Below, piece by piece: positions 47,506 to 57,862 of a stretch of DNA of 64,000 nt (its first letter is position 1; each line of letters opens with the position of its first letter). The translations under genes were made by a program, and so were the position numbers. The stretch is taken from positions 256,001-320,000 of the forward strand of contig CAVTBU010000008.1 of the NCBI GenBank assembly GCA_963733035.1, read 5' to 3'. The DNA is from Pirellulales bacterium. Its GTDB lineage: Bacteria > Planctomycetota > Planctomycetia > Pirellulales > PALSA-1355. The notes under the pieces were generated by a model. That model worked only from the letters and a program-made list of their open reading frames with translations. It was not told the origin of the DNA and searched no databases.

Positions 47506-48435
47506 ATGCAACCGGTGATCCGACTCGACGGCGTGACGAAGACCTACGGCTCGCAGCGGGCCCTCGACGGGCTTTCCATCGAGGTGCCCGCCGGAGTCGT
47601 GTTTGCCCTGCTCGGCGAGAACGGCGCCGGCAAGACCACCTCGATCCGCATTCTGCTCGGACTCACCGCGCCCGACCAGGGGCAGGCCACCGTACTCGGA
47701 CTCGACAGCACGCGCCAGGGACAACTCGTGCGCAGTCGAGTCGGGTACGTGGCCGAACGCCCCACGCTCTACGACTGGATGAAAGTCAGCGAAATCGGCT
47801 GGTTCACCGGCGGGTTCTACCCCAGCGGCTTTTACGATCGCTTCTTGCGGCTGGCCACCGACTATCAATTGCCGCTCGATCGCAAGATCAAGGCCCTCTC
47901 AAAAGGGATGCGGGCCAAGGTCTCTTTGGCGCTTGCGCTGGCCCACGAGCCCGAAGTGTTGATCCTCGACGAGCCCACCTCGGGGCTCGACACCCTCGTG
48001 CGCCGCGAGTTTCTGGAAGGCATGGTCGACATCGCGGCCGCCGGCCGCACCGTGCTGCTGTCGAGTCATCAGATTGGCGAAGTCGAACGCGTGGCCGACA
48101 TCATCGCCATCCTCCGCGACGGAAAACTAATCCTCGTCGAAAAGCTCGACGCTCTTAAGGACGAAATCCGCGAACTAAACGTCACGCTCAGCGACAGCGT
48201 GCGACAGTTGCCCCCGATCGGCGGCGATATCCTCAACCAGCGGCGACACCACAACCAGTGGCAACTGCTGGTGCGCGGACTGAGCGACGAACAACTCGAA
48301 TCGCTCCGCCTTTCTGAATGGGTGCACGAACTGGGAGTTCGCACGCCCTCGCTCGAAGAGATCTTTGTGGCCTACCTCAAGCGCGGCGAACCGGATTCCG
48401 GTCAACCGGCCGCCCAACACGAGGTGACCCCATGA
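47506..48435 (+). CDS. ABC transporter ATP-binding protein
   Basis: GENGAGKTT, LSKGM, ILDEPTSGLD, SSH. Confidence 0.95.
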   Translation: MQPVIRLDGVTKTYGSQRALDGLSIEVPAGVVFALLGENGAGKTTSIRILLGLTAPDQGQATVLGLDSTRQGQLVRSRVGYVAERPTLYDWMKVSEIGWFTGGFYPSGFYDRFLRLATDYQLPLDRKIKALSKGMRAKVSLALALAHEPEVLILDEPTSGLDTLVRREFLEGMVDIAAAGRTVLLSSHQIGEVERVADIIAILRDGKLILVEKLDALKDEIRELNVTLSDSVRQLPPIGGDILNQRRHHNQWQLLVRGLSDEQLESLRLSEWVHELGVRTPSLEEIFVAYLKRGEPDSGQPAAQHEVTP

Positions 48436-51400
48436 ACGCCACGCCGCTGCGCTGCCTGCTCTGGAAAGAGTACCGAGCCATCCGGGCGTTTTGGATCGCT
48501 CTGGTGCTGTTGGCCCTGGGGCTGCAAGCATTAATGCTGCTCACGTCCAGCGATCAAGCGCTCACCCAATTGTTTGTCTACAACGTGGCCCTGGCCACGC
48601 CAGTCTTCTTCGCCCTGGGCTGTGTGGGTACCACCTTTGCGATGGAAAAAGAGGACGGGACGTATGAATGGCTGCAGGCCTCGCCGGTCAATGATCGGCA
48701 AGTGCTTGTCAGCAAATTGGTGCTCGCCACGCTTGCCACGGTGGGAATGTATTTCGTGTTGTTGCCGCTTGCGCTTTGGATCGAAGGTGCCGAGCTGCCT
48801 GCGGCCGATACCCTGCGCGGCATGCTCGGCCTCTGGCTGCTGGCCGCCGTCGAAGCCATCGCCTGGGCCACTCTGTTTTCGCTACTCTCTGCTCGGCCGC
48901 TGACGGCCATCGTCCTGGCAATGGTGGTAACATCGAGCCTCACGCATCTAATGGCATGGACCGTTACGCCAGGACGAACCTACCATTTCCACTTTGCGCC
49001 CTACCTGACTGCGGTCCCCTGGCGGTTGGCCGTGATCCTCCCCGTCATGTTGGCCGATGTTTACCTGGGCTTGCGCTGGCTGCACGGAGAGCAACAATCT
49101 CCGGCGATGAAGCGACCATCTTCGCTACAGCAGCGTCTGCGAGCATTTTATATGCGGCTCAGGGCCTGGCCGGCCACTCCGACACAGACCGTGGTCAACA
49201 ACTTGGTTTTATTGACCCTGATCGTTGTTGCCTCCTACACGCTGTTGTGGCCGCTCACTTTGTGGCTAAACAATCCACCTGTGGAGATATCAGGCAGATT
49301 GAGCCGCGACGTCGTCGGCTTGCTGTTGCTGTCGATTGTCGAAGCATCTGCTTGGACCGCGTTTTTCTATTTCCTATCGAGGCGGCCCTGGGGATCGATC
49401 GCGCTCGGACTCGTTACGGCCTCAGTCGTCACCCGAGGGCTAATCTGGCTGATGCCGGGCACGCGTACATATTCCGCGTATGCGTTGTATCATCAAAACG
49501 TCATTCCGTGGAGATTGTTGCTCCTGCTGGTGCTCATCGCGGTAGACATCTACCTTGGCTCCGGCTGGTGGCACGACAGGCATTGGGCGTCCACGCTTCG
49601 CGGGGGGCTTCTCGCGCGAACACGTGATCAAAAAAGCAACGCGCTGTTGCCGTATCTCCAGTGGCGCGATCGTGGCATGATTTTGGGGCATTTGCTTTGG
49701 CAGCATTGGCGGCAGTCGTTGCGGCTGATGTTGCTGATGTCGACGCTGCAGATCGCGATGTCGATGCTGGTGATGTACTCTGGGGCCGACAAGGACAACA
49801 CGCTTGCGATTCTGCCGCTGCTCGGGATGGCCGCCGTGATGGGGGCCTGCGTCTTTCTGCCCGACCAGGAGCGCCGCCATTTCCGTTTTTTCGTCGAGCA
49901 CAACGTGTCGCCGCGCTATGTGTGGCTGACGCGGCTGGTGCCATGGATGGTCATCGCGGCCGCCTCCTCATTCATCGTGATGTTGTTCTGGATCGGCATC
50001 CGCACGTTGGGCAAGCTGGTCTGGGCGATGCTGACGATGTTTCAAGTCTTCACCACGCTCGACAACGGTAACCGAGTCGAGATCAACGCCTACTACACGC
50101 TGCCACCGATCTTCCTCGGTGTCGCGGGGGCCCTGTTGGCCTTCACCATCGGCCAGTGGGTCTCGATGATGGTTCGTAGCGGACTGCTCGCCGGCTTTTT
50201 CAGCCTGCTTCTGGCCGGAACGCTGGGCTGCTGGACACTTGCGGTCTACAGCATGAGCCTGAGTTGGCTAATGTTCATTGCCCCAATTCCACTTGTTCTG
50301 CTGTGGGCCACCTGGCTCCGCGCTCCCGATTGGATTGTGGAAAATGCGACCTGGCGAGCAAGGCTGAAAGCCGGCTCGACGGTCGTCGTGCCGACGCTCG
50401 CATTGCTCGTCGCCGCCCCATTTGCGCATCGCACAAGTTCCGGATGCGTATCCCGGTTTCTCTCCCGCCGTATATGTTGCCGAGATTACTCCCGCGGGGT
50501 TGGCAACCGGCGAATTATATCGGCGAGCGAACGAATTGAGCACACATTTCGGCCTCGAGCCGCGAGAACTACAGCAACCGGAACCATTTCTATCACAAGA
50601 CCAGAGGAAGCGTCTGGACGAGAGTAAGGAGTCGCTGGAGCTAGTCCTTGAGGCAAGCAAGCGCCCGGAATGCTTTCTCGCCAATCCGGCCACACTCGAC
50701 AATTGGCCACAGGTCAATGATCTGGGTTTAACCAACCTGGTACTGGCAAGCGGCCGTTCGTTCGAGGCGGAAGGAAAACTCGACGAAGCCCTCGACCGCT
50801 ACCTGCTCGCATTCAAAGTAAAGGCCGATCTGACCAATCACGCACCGAAATTCCATCAACATGTGTATGCTCGCAATCTCGATGCCTCCGGAGAAAAATT
50901 CAGCGAACTTGTCGGCTGGGCTGCCCAACCGGGTCAGACGGACCAGACGATTCGCAAAGCGATCCAGGCCCTCGAAGCAATCGACTTCAACACGCTACAT
51001 GGCAAGGACTCTCTCAAAAGCAACAATATCCTTTGCCGCCGTTTTCTCGCTGGCGATGAGCAACTTTCGCACCTTTTCTACAACACTAATATGGAACCAT
51101 ACCTCGCTGCCCGGCAAATGCTGCTGAGCAGGCTGATGCCTTGGGAACGGGCGCGGGAAGAGCGGCAGCTCAATCTGTTCACCGGTATCATGCTGAGGGG
51201 ACTCCATCAAGCCGGCGAGGCAATGGCTCGTGGAGAAAACGTGTCGGACTTTGCTGATCCCTATCGGAATCGCCCATGGGAATCTCCCCCGCTTAACATC
51301 GCTTGGCGCATACAACGCTGGGGTGACGGCGTCATCTCGAACGCGATCGCCTTCGAAACCTATCGTCGCGCCACGCTCTTGATACTGGCAATCGAAGCTT

Positions 51401-51843
51401 ACCGCCTGCAACACGGCGAACTGCCGGCGGCACTCGACGATCTCACTGGTGACCCCGGGACGGGGGACGCTTATTTCGAAACCTTGCCGCACGACCCCTA
51501 TTCCGGCCGCGACTTTGTTTACTTTCCGCAAGGCATTCCCCAACCGCGCACGCCAATCGAAACCGCGGAGCTAGAAGAATCTGAACGAAGTTGGTATCGG
51601 CGGTTCAGCGGCACGATCCAACTCGGCGTGCCCTGCCTGTGGAGTCCCGGCATGTATCTGCTGACTCGCCAGCAGATCCCTAATACACCCGCGTCGGAAA
51701 CCGAAGAAACCACCACGCCGGCGCTCATCTACTACAGCTACCGCCACCACCAAAACTTGCTTCAAATCCCCGACTATCACGCGTGGCTGCGCGGCGAGAG
51801 CTTCCCCATTCCCGCTCAGTTGAAAGAAAAACCTGCCGAATGA
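48432..51843 (+). CDS. ABC-2-type permease with internal duplication and large soluble C-terminal domain (apparent frameshift ~50422)
   Basis: LLWKEYR, EKEDGTYEWL..PV; many TM segments; the 50422-51843 frame continues directly after the last TM helix. Confidence 0.75.
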
Positions 51844-51948
51844 ACCGCAAGAAAGCGTCCGCTACTGGCCGCTGACTTTTCGCCGAATCGACACGTCGGC
51901 CCTACACGCACCAAAAATCCATCGCCTATCGCACATGTCTGGCGAAAG

Positions 51949-51977
51949 TTGACTCGCCCCCTTCACGCTATTACACT
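51949..51977 (+). promoter_or_regulatory. Sigma70-type promoter
   Basis: TTGACT-N17-TACACT ~40 bp before the ATG at 52019. Confidence 0.6.
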
Positions 51978-52018
51978 CCGCGCGGGCGTCCACTTTCGGT
52001 TCTGGCGGGAAGGTTCCC

Positions 52019-54055
52019 ATGCGATTTCGCGCTGCTGGCCGTTGGGCTTCGCCGCATTTGGAGCGGCTTGAAGAACGGCGTCTGCTCACGGCCGTCGTCG
52101 GGCAGCAGATCTTCTATAACGACTCGAAGTTCGACGGCAACGACGGCGCGATCAATGCGGCCGACGACGGCGCAATCGCCGTCGACAAGACGCCGTTCCT
52201 CTCGCAGGTCCTGTTCAATGCCCAGCAGATGACCACCAATACCGACTACGACTCGAATCCGAGAGTCTACGGCGACAAGATCGTCTGGCAGGGACGCGGG
52301 GGCACCGATGCCGGCACGGATGATGAGATCTTCTACTACGACGGCGCCACGGTTCATCAGCTGACGGAAAACGCCGTGCCCGACCGCTTCCCGCAAATCT
52401 CCGCCCTGGGCATTTCCTGGGAGCGTGGCACCGGCACGAGCCAGGAAATCATCTACTGGAACGGCACCGAAACGCCGCTCACCAACAACACCGTTTTCGA
52501 CGGCAACGCCTCGCTATCCGACAACCGCTTGAGCTGGGAACACGACAGCGGCACGGCACTCGAAATCTGGAGTTGGGACGGCGTGAATCCGCCCGCGGAC
52601 ATCAGCAATAACTCCGTGGTCGACGTGCTCCCCAATACCGATGGCAACAACACGGTCTGGGTTACCGGCAGTGTGCCCAATCGCAAGGTGCTCAAGTTCG
52701 ACGGCACGACCATTTCAACCATCGGCACCAGCAACCTCAGCATCGAAGACCCGAAGATCGACGGCGCGGACGTCGCCTGGGAAAGTTTTAAAGGCACTAC
52801 CTCCAACGATCGTGAAATTTACTTCTACAACGGCACGACGGCTCAGCAGTTGACCACGAACAGCTTTCCGGACTTCGATCCGCAGGTTTCCGACGGGCAC
52901 GTTACCTGGTGGGGCGGGGTGTTCAATGACTTTCAGATCTACCTTTACGACGGCAACACGATTCGAGCGATTTCCACCGGCATTCGCAACCAGTATCCGC
53001 AAATCGACGGGCAATACGTAGTCTGGTACGGATACGACGGCCACGACAACGAAATCTACCTCTGGGATGGCATCAAGGTCACACAGCTCACCGACAACGA
53101 CCTGGACGATACCAACCCACAGATTTCCGGTAATCACATCGTCTGGCAAGGCCAGGTCGCCTACAACGGCACGACCCAAGAGATCTTCCACGCGTATATC
53201 GATCAGCCGCAGGCTTCACCCGCCAACGTGACGAGCTATTCGCGCGGCATCAACGGCATCATGATCGATCTGGCCGATCTGTCTGCCGAAACCGTGCTTA
53301 CGACCAGCGACTTTCGCTTCAAGGTCGGCAGCAACAACACTCCCGGAACCTGGACCGACGCGCCCGCGCCCGCCGCTATCTCGCTACGGCCCGGAGCAGG
53401 GGAGGGGGGCTCAGACCGACTGGAGATCGTGTGGGCAGATGGCGCAGTCACCAACACCTGGCTCCAGGTAACGGTCGAAGGCAACGACAATGCCGGCGGT
53501 TTCAATACGCACACCGGCCTGCCGGGCAGCGACATTTTCTATGTCGGCAACCGCCTCGGAGACACGTTTGAGGCCACGCCGCAGAATTATTTCGTCACCA
53601 ACGCCGTCGACGAGATCTCCGCCCGCATCCACCTGGCATTCAATCAACCAATCACGAACCTTCGAGATTTCGATCGCAACGGGCTGGTGAACGCTGGTGA
53701 CCAGATCATCGCCCGCACCAATGGCGGCTTCATGATCAAGCTCTATCTCGGTAGCGGCCCGCCCGCGGCTGGACCCGTGGCCGCCGCGCCGGCCGCCGTG
53801 ACCCTCAATGCCGATCCCGGCATGGCGTTTGCGCTGGCCGTGACGACAAAAATGCCCTCTCGAATCGAGCACTCGAACGCGGCGCAGGTCCAGATTCGCG
53901 CGGACAATTCCATCGCGCCCATCAACCGCGCACGACAAAACATCCATGGGTTGGAAGTTACGCATGCAGCCAGGCGTCAACAGGCGGCTCCTACGGAGTA
54001 TCCGGCTGTTGGCCTGGTCGACGAATTGCTCGACTTGCTGTCTGGCCGCCACTAG
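52019..54055 (+). CDS. Planctomycete secreted protein with beta-propeller-type repeats inserted into the shared C-terminal module
   Basis: LERLEERRLL; ~37 aa repeats P.IdG..vvW...EIy.ydG...QLT.N; DFDRNGLVNAGD. Confidence 0.85.
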   Translation: MRFRAAGRWASPHLERLEERRLLTAVVGQQIFYNDSKFDGNDGAINAADDGAIAVDKTPFLSQVLFNAQQMTTNTDYDSNPRVYGDKIVWQGRGGTDAGTDDEIFYYDGATVHQLTENAVPDRFPQISALGISWERGTGTSQEIIYWNGTETPLTNNTVFDGNASLSDNRLSWEHDSGTALEIWSWDGVNPPADISNNSVVDVLPNTDGNNTVWVTGSVPNRKVLKFDGTTISTIGTSNLSIEDPKIDGADVAWESFKGTTSNDREIYFYNGTTAQQLTTNSFPDFDPQVSDGHVTWWGGVFNDFQIYLYDGNTIRAISTGIRNQYPQIDGQYVVWYGYDGHDNEIYLWDGIKVTQLTDNDLDDTNPQISGNHIVWQGQVAYNGTTQEIFHAYIDQPQASPANVTSYSRGINGIMIDLADLSAETVLTTSDFRFKVGSNNTPGTWTDAPAPAAISLRPGAGEGGSDRLEIVWADGAVTNTWLQVTVEGNDNAGGFNTHTGLPGSDIFYVGNRLGDTFEATPQNYFVTNAVDEISARIHLAFNQPITNLRDFDRNGLVNAGDQIIARTNGGFMIKLYLGSGPPAAGPVAAAPAAVTLNADPGMAFALAVTTKMPSRIEHSNAAQVQIRADNSIAPINRARQNIHGLEVTHAARRQQAAPTEYPAVGLVDELLDLLSGRH

Positions 54056-54594
54056 CGGCGCACATGAATACCCGTGGCCGAGACCACGAGCACGCCGAGT
54101 TTGTCGACATGCCCCTTGCCGCGCACGACGACCACCTGATTTTTCTCGACTCCCAGTAGCTTCCGGGCGTCGATGGGCAGCACGTCCCCCTTTTTGTCGC
54201 GAAACTGAACCAGGGCCGTGGCGTTCGCCTTTTGGGCGCGGCGGCGGCAGAACGGACACGTCGCCGGGTCGTGTCCCGGCGTGCTGGCATGATCGGTTTC
54301 AGGCAATGCCTCGGAGAGCAGAAACGAGGCTTGCCCCTCGGCCCAGGGTTCGTACTCACCGGCGCCGATTCTTCCCACCACGACCACATCCTGATCCAAC
54401 GATTCTTCCGCAGTTTCCTCCGACGCTTCTTTTGGCGCCAGCGCATCGCGCGAGTCGGCAATCGACGATGCTCCGGCCGGCTCCTCGACGAGCATCAACT
54501 GCTTGCGCAGCGACGACACCTGGGAATCGGCCTGGCCGCATCCACTAACAATTGCCACTCCCAGCAGCAAAGAAACCCCGACCGTCAGTCGCAT
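54052..54594 (-). CDS. Lipoprotein, OB-fold-like, with HDPATCPFC motif
   Basis: Lipobox VSGC; VVVVGRIG...VVVVRGKG beta-strands. Confidence 0.7.
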   Translation of the reverse strand: MRLTVGVSLLLGVAIVSGCGQADSQVSSLRKQLMLVEEPAGASSIADSRDALAPKEASEETAEESLDQDVVVVGRIGAGEYEPWAEGQASFLLSEALPETDHASTPGHDPATCPFCRRRAQKANATALVQFRDKKGDVLPIDARKLLGVEKNQVVVVRGKGHVDKLGVLVVSATGIHVRR

Positions 54595-54623
54595 GGCGCC
54601 ACTCTCGCATCAGGTGCAGTTGT

Positions 54624-55134
54624 CTATTCCTCTTTCCCTTCCGCGTGGTGGTGATCGGTGCGCTCGTGCAATCGTTCGATCGCGGCGTCGATCTTCTCGG
54701 AATACTCGTCATAGGTAACCTCCGCGTGGGCGTGAATCTGCTCATCGAGCTTGCCGAACAGATTGAACAAATCGTCGACGTCCTGCTTCACCGCTTCGCT
54801 GGCATCGGACGAGTGCGATTTTGCCAGCTCGGGGATCTGCTCCAGCACGTGGCCCAGGTCGTGAAGCGCTTCGTCGGCCTTGTCCTTGTCGCCGGCGGCC
54901 AGGCTGTCGCGAATCGTGTCGCGCAGACTCGACCATCTCAACCGCCTCGTCGTACGTCTCGGCTGCCTCGTGGTCGCCATGTTCGTGCTCGTGGTCATGC
55001 CCCGCATGCTCGTGGTCATGATCGTGCTCGTGATCATCGGCCGTCTCCGCGGTCTGGTCGACCGACGGCGCCTGGCTGCAGCCCAGGCAAAACACGAATA
55101 CGAGCACCCCTAGCGGCAGTAATTGGCGACCCAT
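54624..55134 (-). CDS. His-rich lipoprotein (apparent frameshift ~54927)
   Basis: Lipobox CLGC, (HE/HD)n tract, then helical ADEALHDLGH...DEQIHAH in another frame. Confidence 0.7.
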
Positions 55135-55324
55135 CTTCAATTTCTCCCAAACGCAACCGTTTATTTTACGACAAATATTGCTCCGGAGCCGCCCCGTTTG
55201 CGCGAGCAACTCCCGATGTGGAAACCATATCCCCCCAGGTCGGTTTCGACCAGCCGAGTTTAACCGCGCGCGAGTCGACGCAGGTGCACAACGACCGCAA
55301 ATGCCCGGAAACGCCCGTTGAGAG

Positions 55325-57006
55325 CTAGTTTGCCGGTACGCCGGAAACGATCCCAATCAGCCGTAAGAATGGCGCAATAAAGTCCGGCCAGGCTCCCCAC
55401 AGCCCCGCCACCAGCAAGCCCAGAAACGAGACGATAAGCGCCACGTCCCACAGTGGCGAAGGCCGCAACCGCGGGTCAGTACGGCGGTAGCGAAAGTACA
55501 GTGCGCCGAAGCCCAACATCGGCAATAGCAGAGCCTGCATCGCCCCGGCCAGCAGGATGGCCCGAACCGGATTAATGCCGCTGGCGAACACTGCCAGGCA
55601 CACCACCGGCAACCCCACCGAGAATAGCATCACGGCCCGATCGTGGGCTCGCTGGGAATGCGGGCTGATGCCGCCCAACAGTTTCACGCAGTCGGCCCAC
55701 ATACGGGCGTTGCCAGCCGTCGCCACCAGGAACGTTGAATAAAGTACCGCCAACGCTCCAACCAAGAATAGCCATTTGGCATACTCGCCGAATACTGGCA
55801 CATAGGCCCGGGCCAGGGTGGTAACCATTCGCATGCCGTCGGGATCGAGTCCTTCGTTGTAGAGCACGGCCACGCCCATCATGAAAAACGCCAGCGTGGC
55901 CGTGGTGTAGACGAGCATCGAGCAAAAAGCGTCGTAATGCATCACGCGCAACCAGCCTCGGGCACGCACCGCCCACGCCGGATCGTCCGATCGCCGCCCC
56001 GTGAACTTCGCGTATCCTTTTTCCAGACACCAGTAGGGATAGGCGAACAGCTCGGTCGCCCCGACGCCGATGATGCCGAAAGTGGCCAGCGCCGTGGCCA
56101 TCGGATTGATCCCTTCACTTGCGTCAGGCAAACGAAATGACAGCCCGTCGAGCAATGCCTGACCGCTGATTCGCCACTGCTGGGTGCTCTGCAAGGCCGC
56201 GACGTTTCCCAACGTGATGAAAGTAAACAAGACCACCAGGCAAATCGAAAGGTTTTGGATCAAGCGATAACGCCCGCGATAGAGCAGGGACATGGTGAGC
56301 AGCGTGGCCACCGCGGCCCACAGTTTGTCGTCCCAAGTCCACGGATCGCGCAGCACTTCGCCTCCGCGCACGCGGGCGGCGAGATCGCCGTAGTTGGGCT
56401 CAAGCGTCTTCAACCGTTCGGTGAATAACTCCTGGCCATGCAGGATGCGCTCGCGTCGTGCCGCGTTGAGCTGGTTCAGCCGGACACGGTTTCCCTGCAG
56501 ATCGTCTTCCCATTGCAAGTACCGCTCCATTTCGCCCTGCGAGGGCGTTTCGACAGCGGCTAGATAATCTCCACGCAGCGGGATCGCGATTGCCGCCGCC
56601 TGGCCGACGCCACCCACAATGCCCCCCAATTGCCCGAAGCCGATGACCATCATCGCCAGCCAAAACCAGATGATCCAGTTTACGCGCCACCGTGGTCCCG
56701 GCACCTGGTCGAGTGCGGCCAGCGTCGTTTCGCCGTGGGTGATCGTGTAGCGGCCCAGTTCAATCTGCACAAACACCTTGATCACGCAGCCAATGATGAC
56801 CAGCCACAAGAGCAAGATACCTGCCTGCGCCCGGTCTTGGTCGTGGCGATCAATTCGCCCGAGCCAACGATGCTTCCGGCAATAATCAGTCCCGGCCCGA
56901 GCCGTCGCAGCACGCCCGCCAGCGTCGTGGGCGGCGCAACCACACCGACGTCGTCACGCGGGTCCTGTGACGGGGGAAGTGTGTCGTGATCGTCGATACT
57001 CGCCAT
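55325..57006 (-). CDS. Nramp-like (APC superfamily) transporter (apparent frameshift ~56830)
   Basis: [31 protein letters not shown], ~11 TM segments. Confidence 0.8.
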
Positions 57007-57862
57007 CCAAAACTCTCGCCTGCGAGAAACTCGCGCACCGCCCCGTGGCCGCGACGGTTGATCATAGCGGTCCGACGGAAGGGATACCACGATCGGATTT
57101 CAAGTGACCCAAATCCAATCGAACACCGCGTGTATTCGCGTCTGCTGCTCTCAGTAAGACCGCTTGCTATTTGGTACGACCGACAGCGTTTGCACGGAAC
57201 TTACACGTCCAGAGTCGACAATTCTCGCCTGGGAAACGCCGCGGTCGCTGGTGCGCTTTTTGCGCGTGGCATCACATGCGGCAATCTTCCTTACGAATCG
57301 GGCTGCTGGGCCGGATGGGCGATTTTCAAGCCCCAGCCTGCGGTTGGCCAACGGCGAGCGGTGTTCGGGGGGCAATCCAATGCGTTTTCACGAAAGAGCG
57401 CGAATGGCAATTCGCGCTACCAAAAAAGCCTGCCGGCCTCCCCACCCAGTACGTCGCGGCGTGCCAGGCTCGAAACCGCGAGTCGTGGGGGCGTTTTTGC
57501 TCGCATCGCACAAATCGCATGCGATGGAGGGCACACGGTGCGACGAGCCACGGTAGCGGCGCGAAACTGCACGCGCTCCGTCTCATTCCTACTTTTCCGC
57601 CACGCCCCTTCGTGAGAGGCGCACACAGAATCCCAGGACATATCCTAACTTTTCGGCTATATCTCGGAAAAATAATTGACGTCGCCGGGCACGGAAGGTC
57701 CAATTGAGATTCATGTGGTCCGGAATTCCCCTTCAATCCGTAGATTCCGAATCACCCAACCGCGTCTTATTCCAACGGTGTGCATACACTACAACCTGGC
57801 TAATCGCCCCTGGCGACCTCCCACATCCCTGGGCAGGCCCAGCCCCTTGGTAGGAGCTTCCT

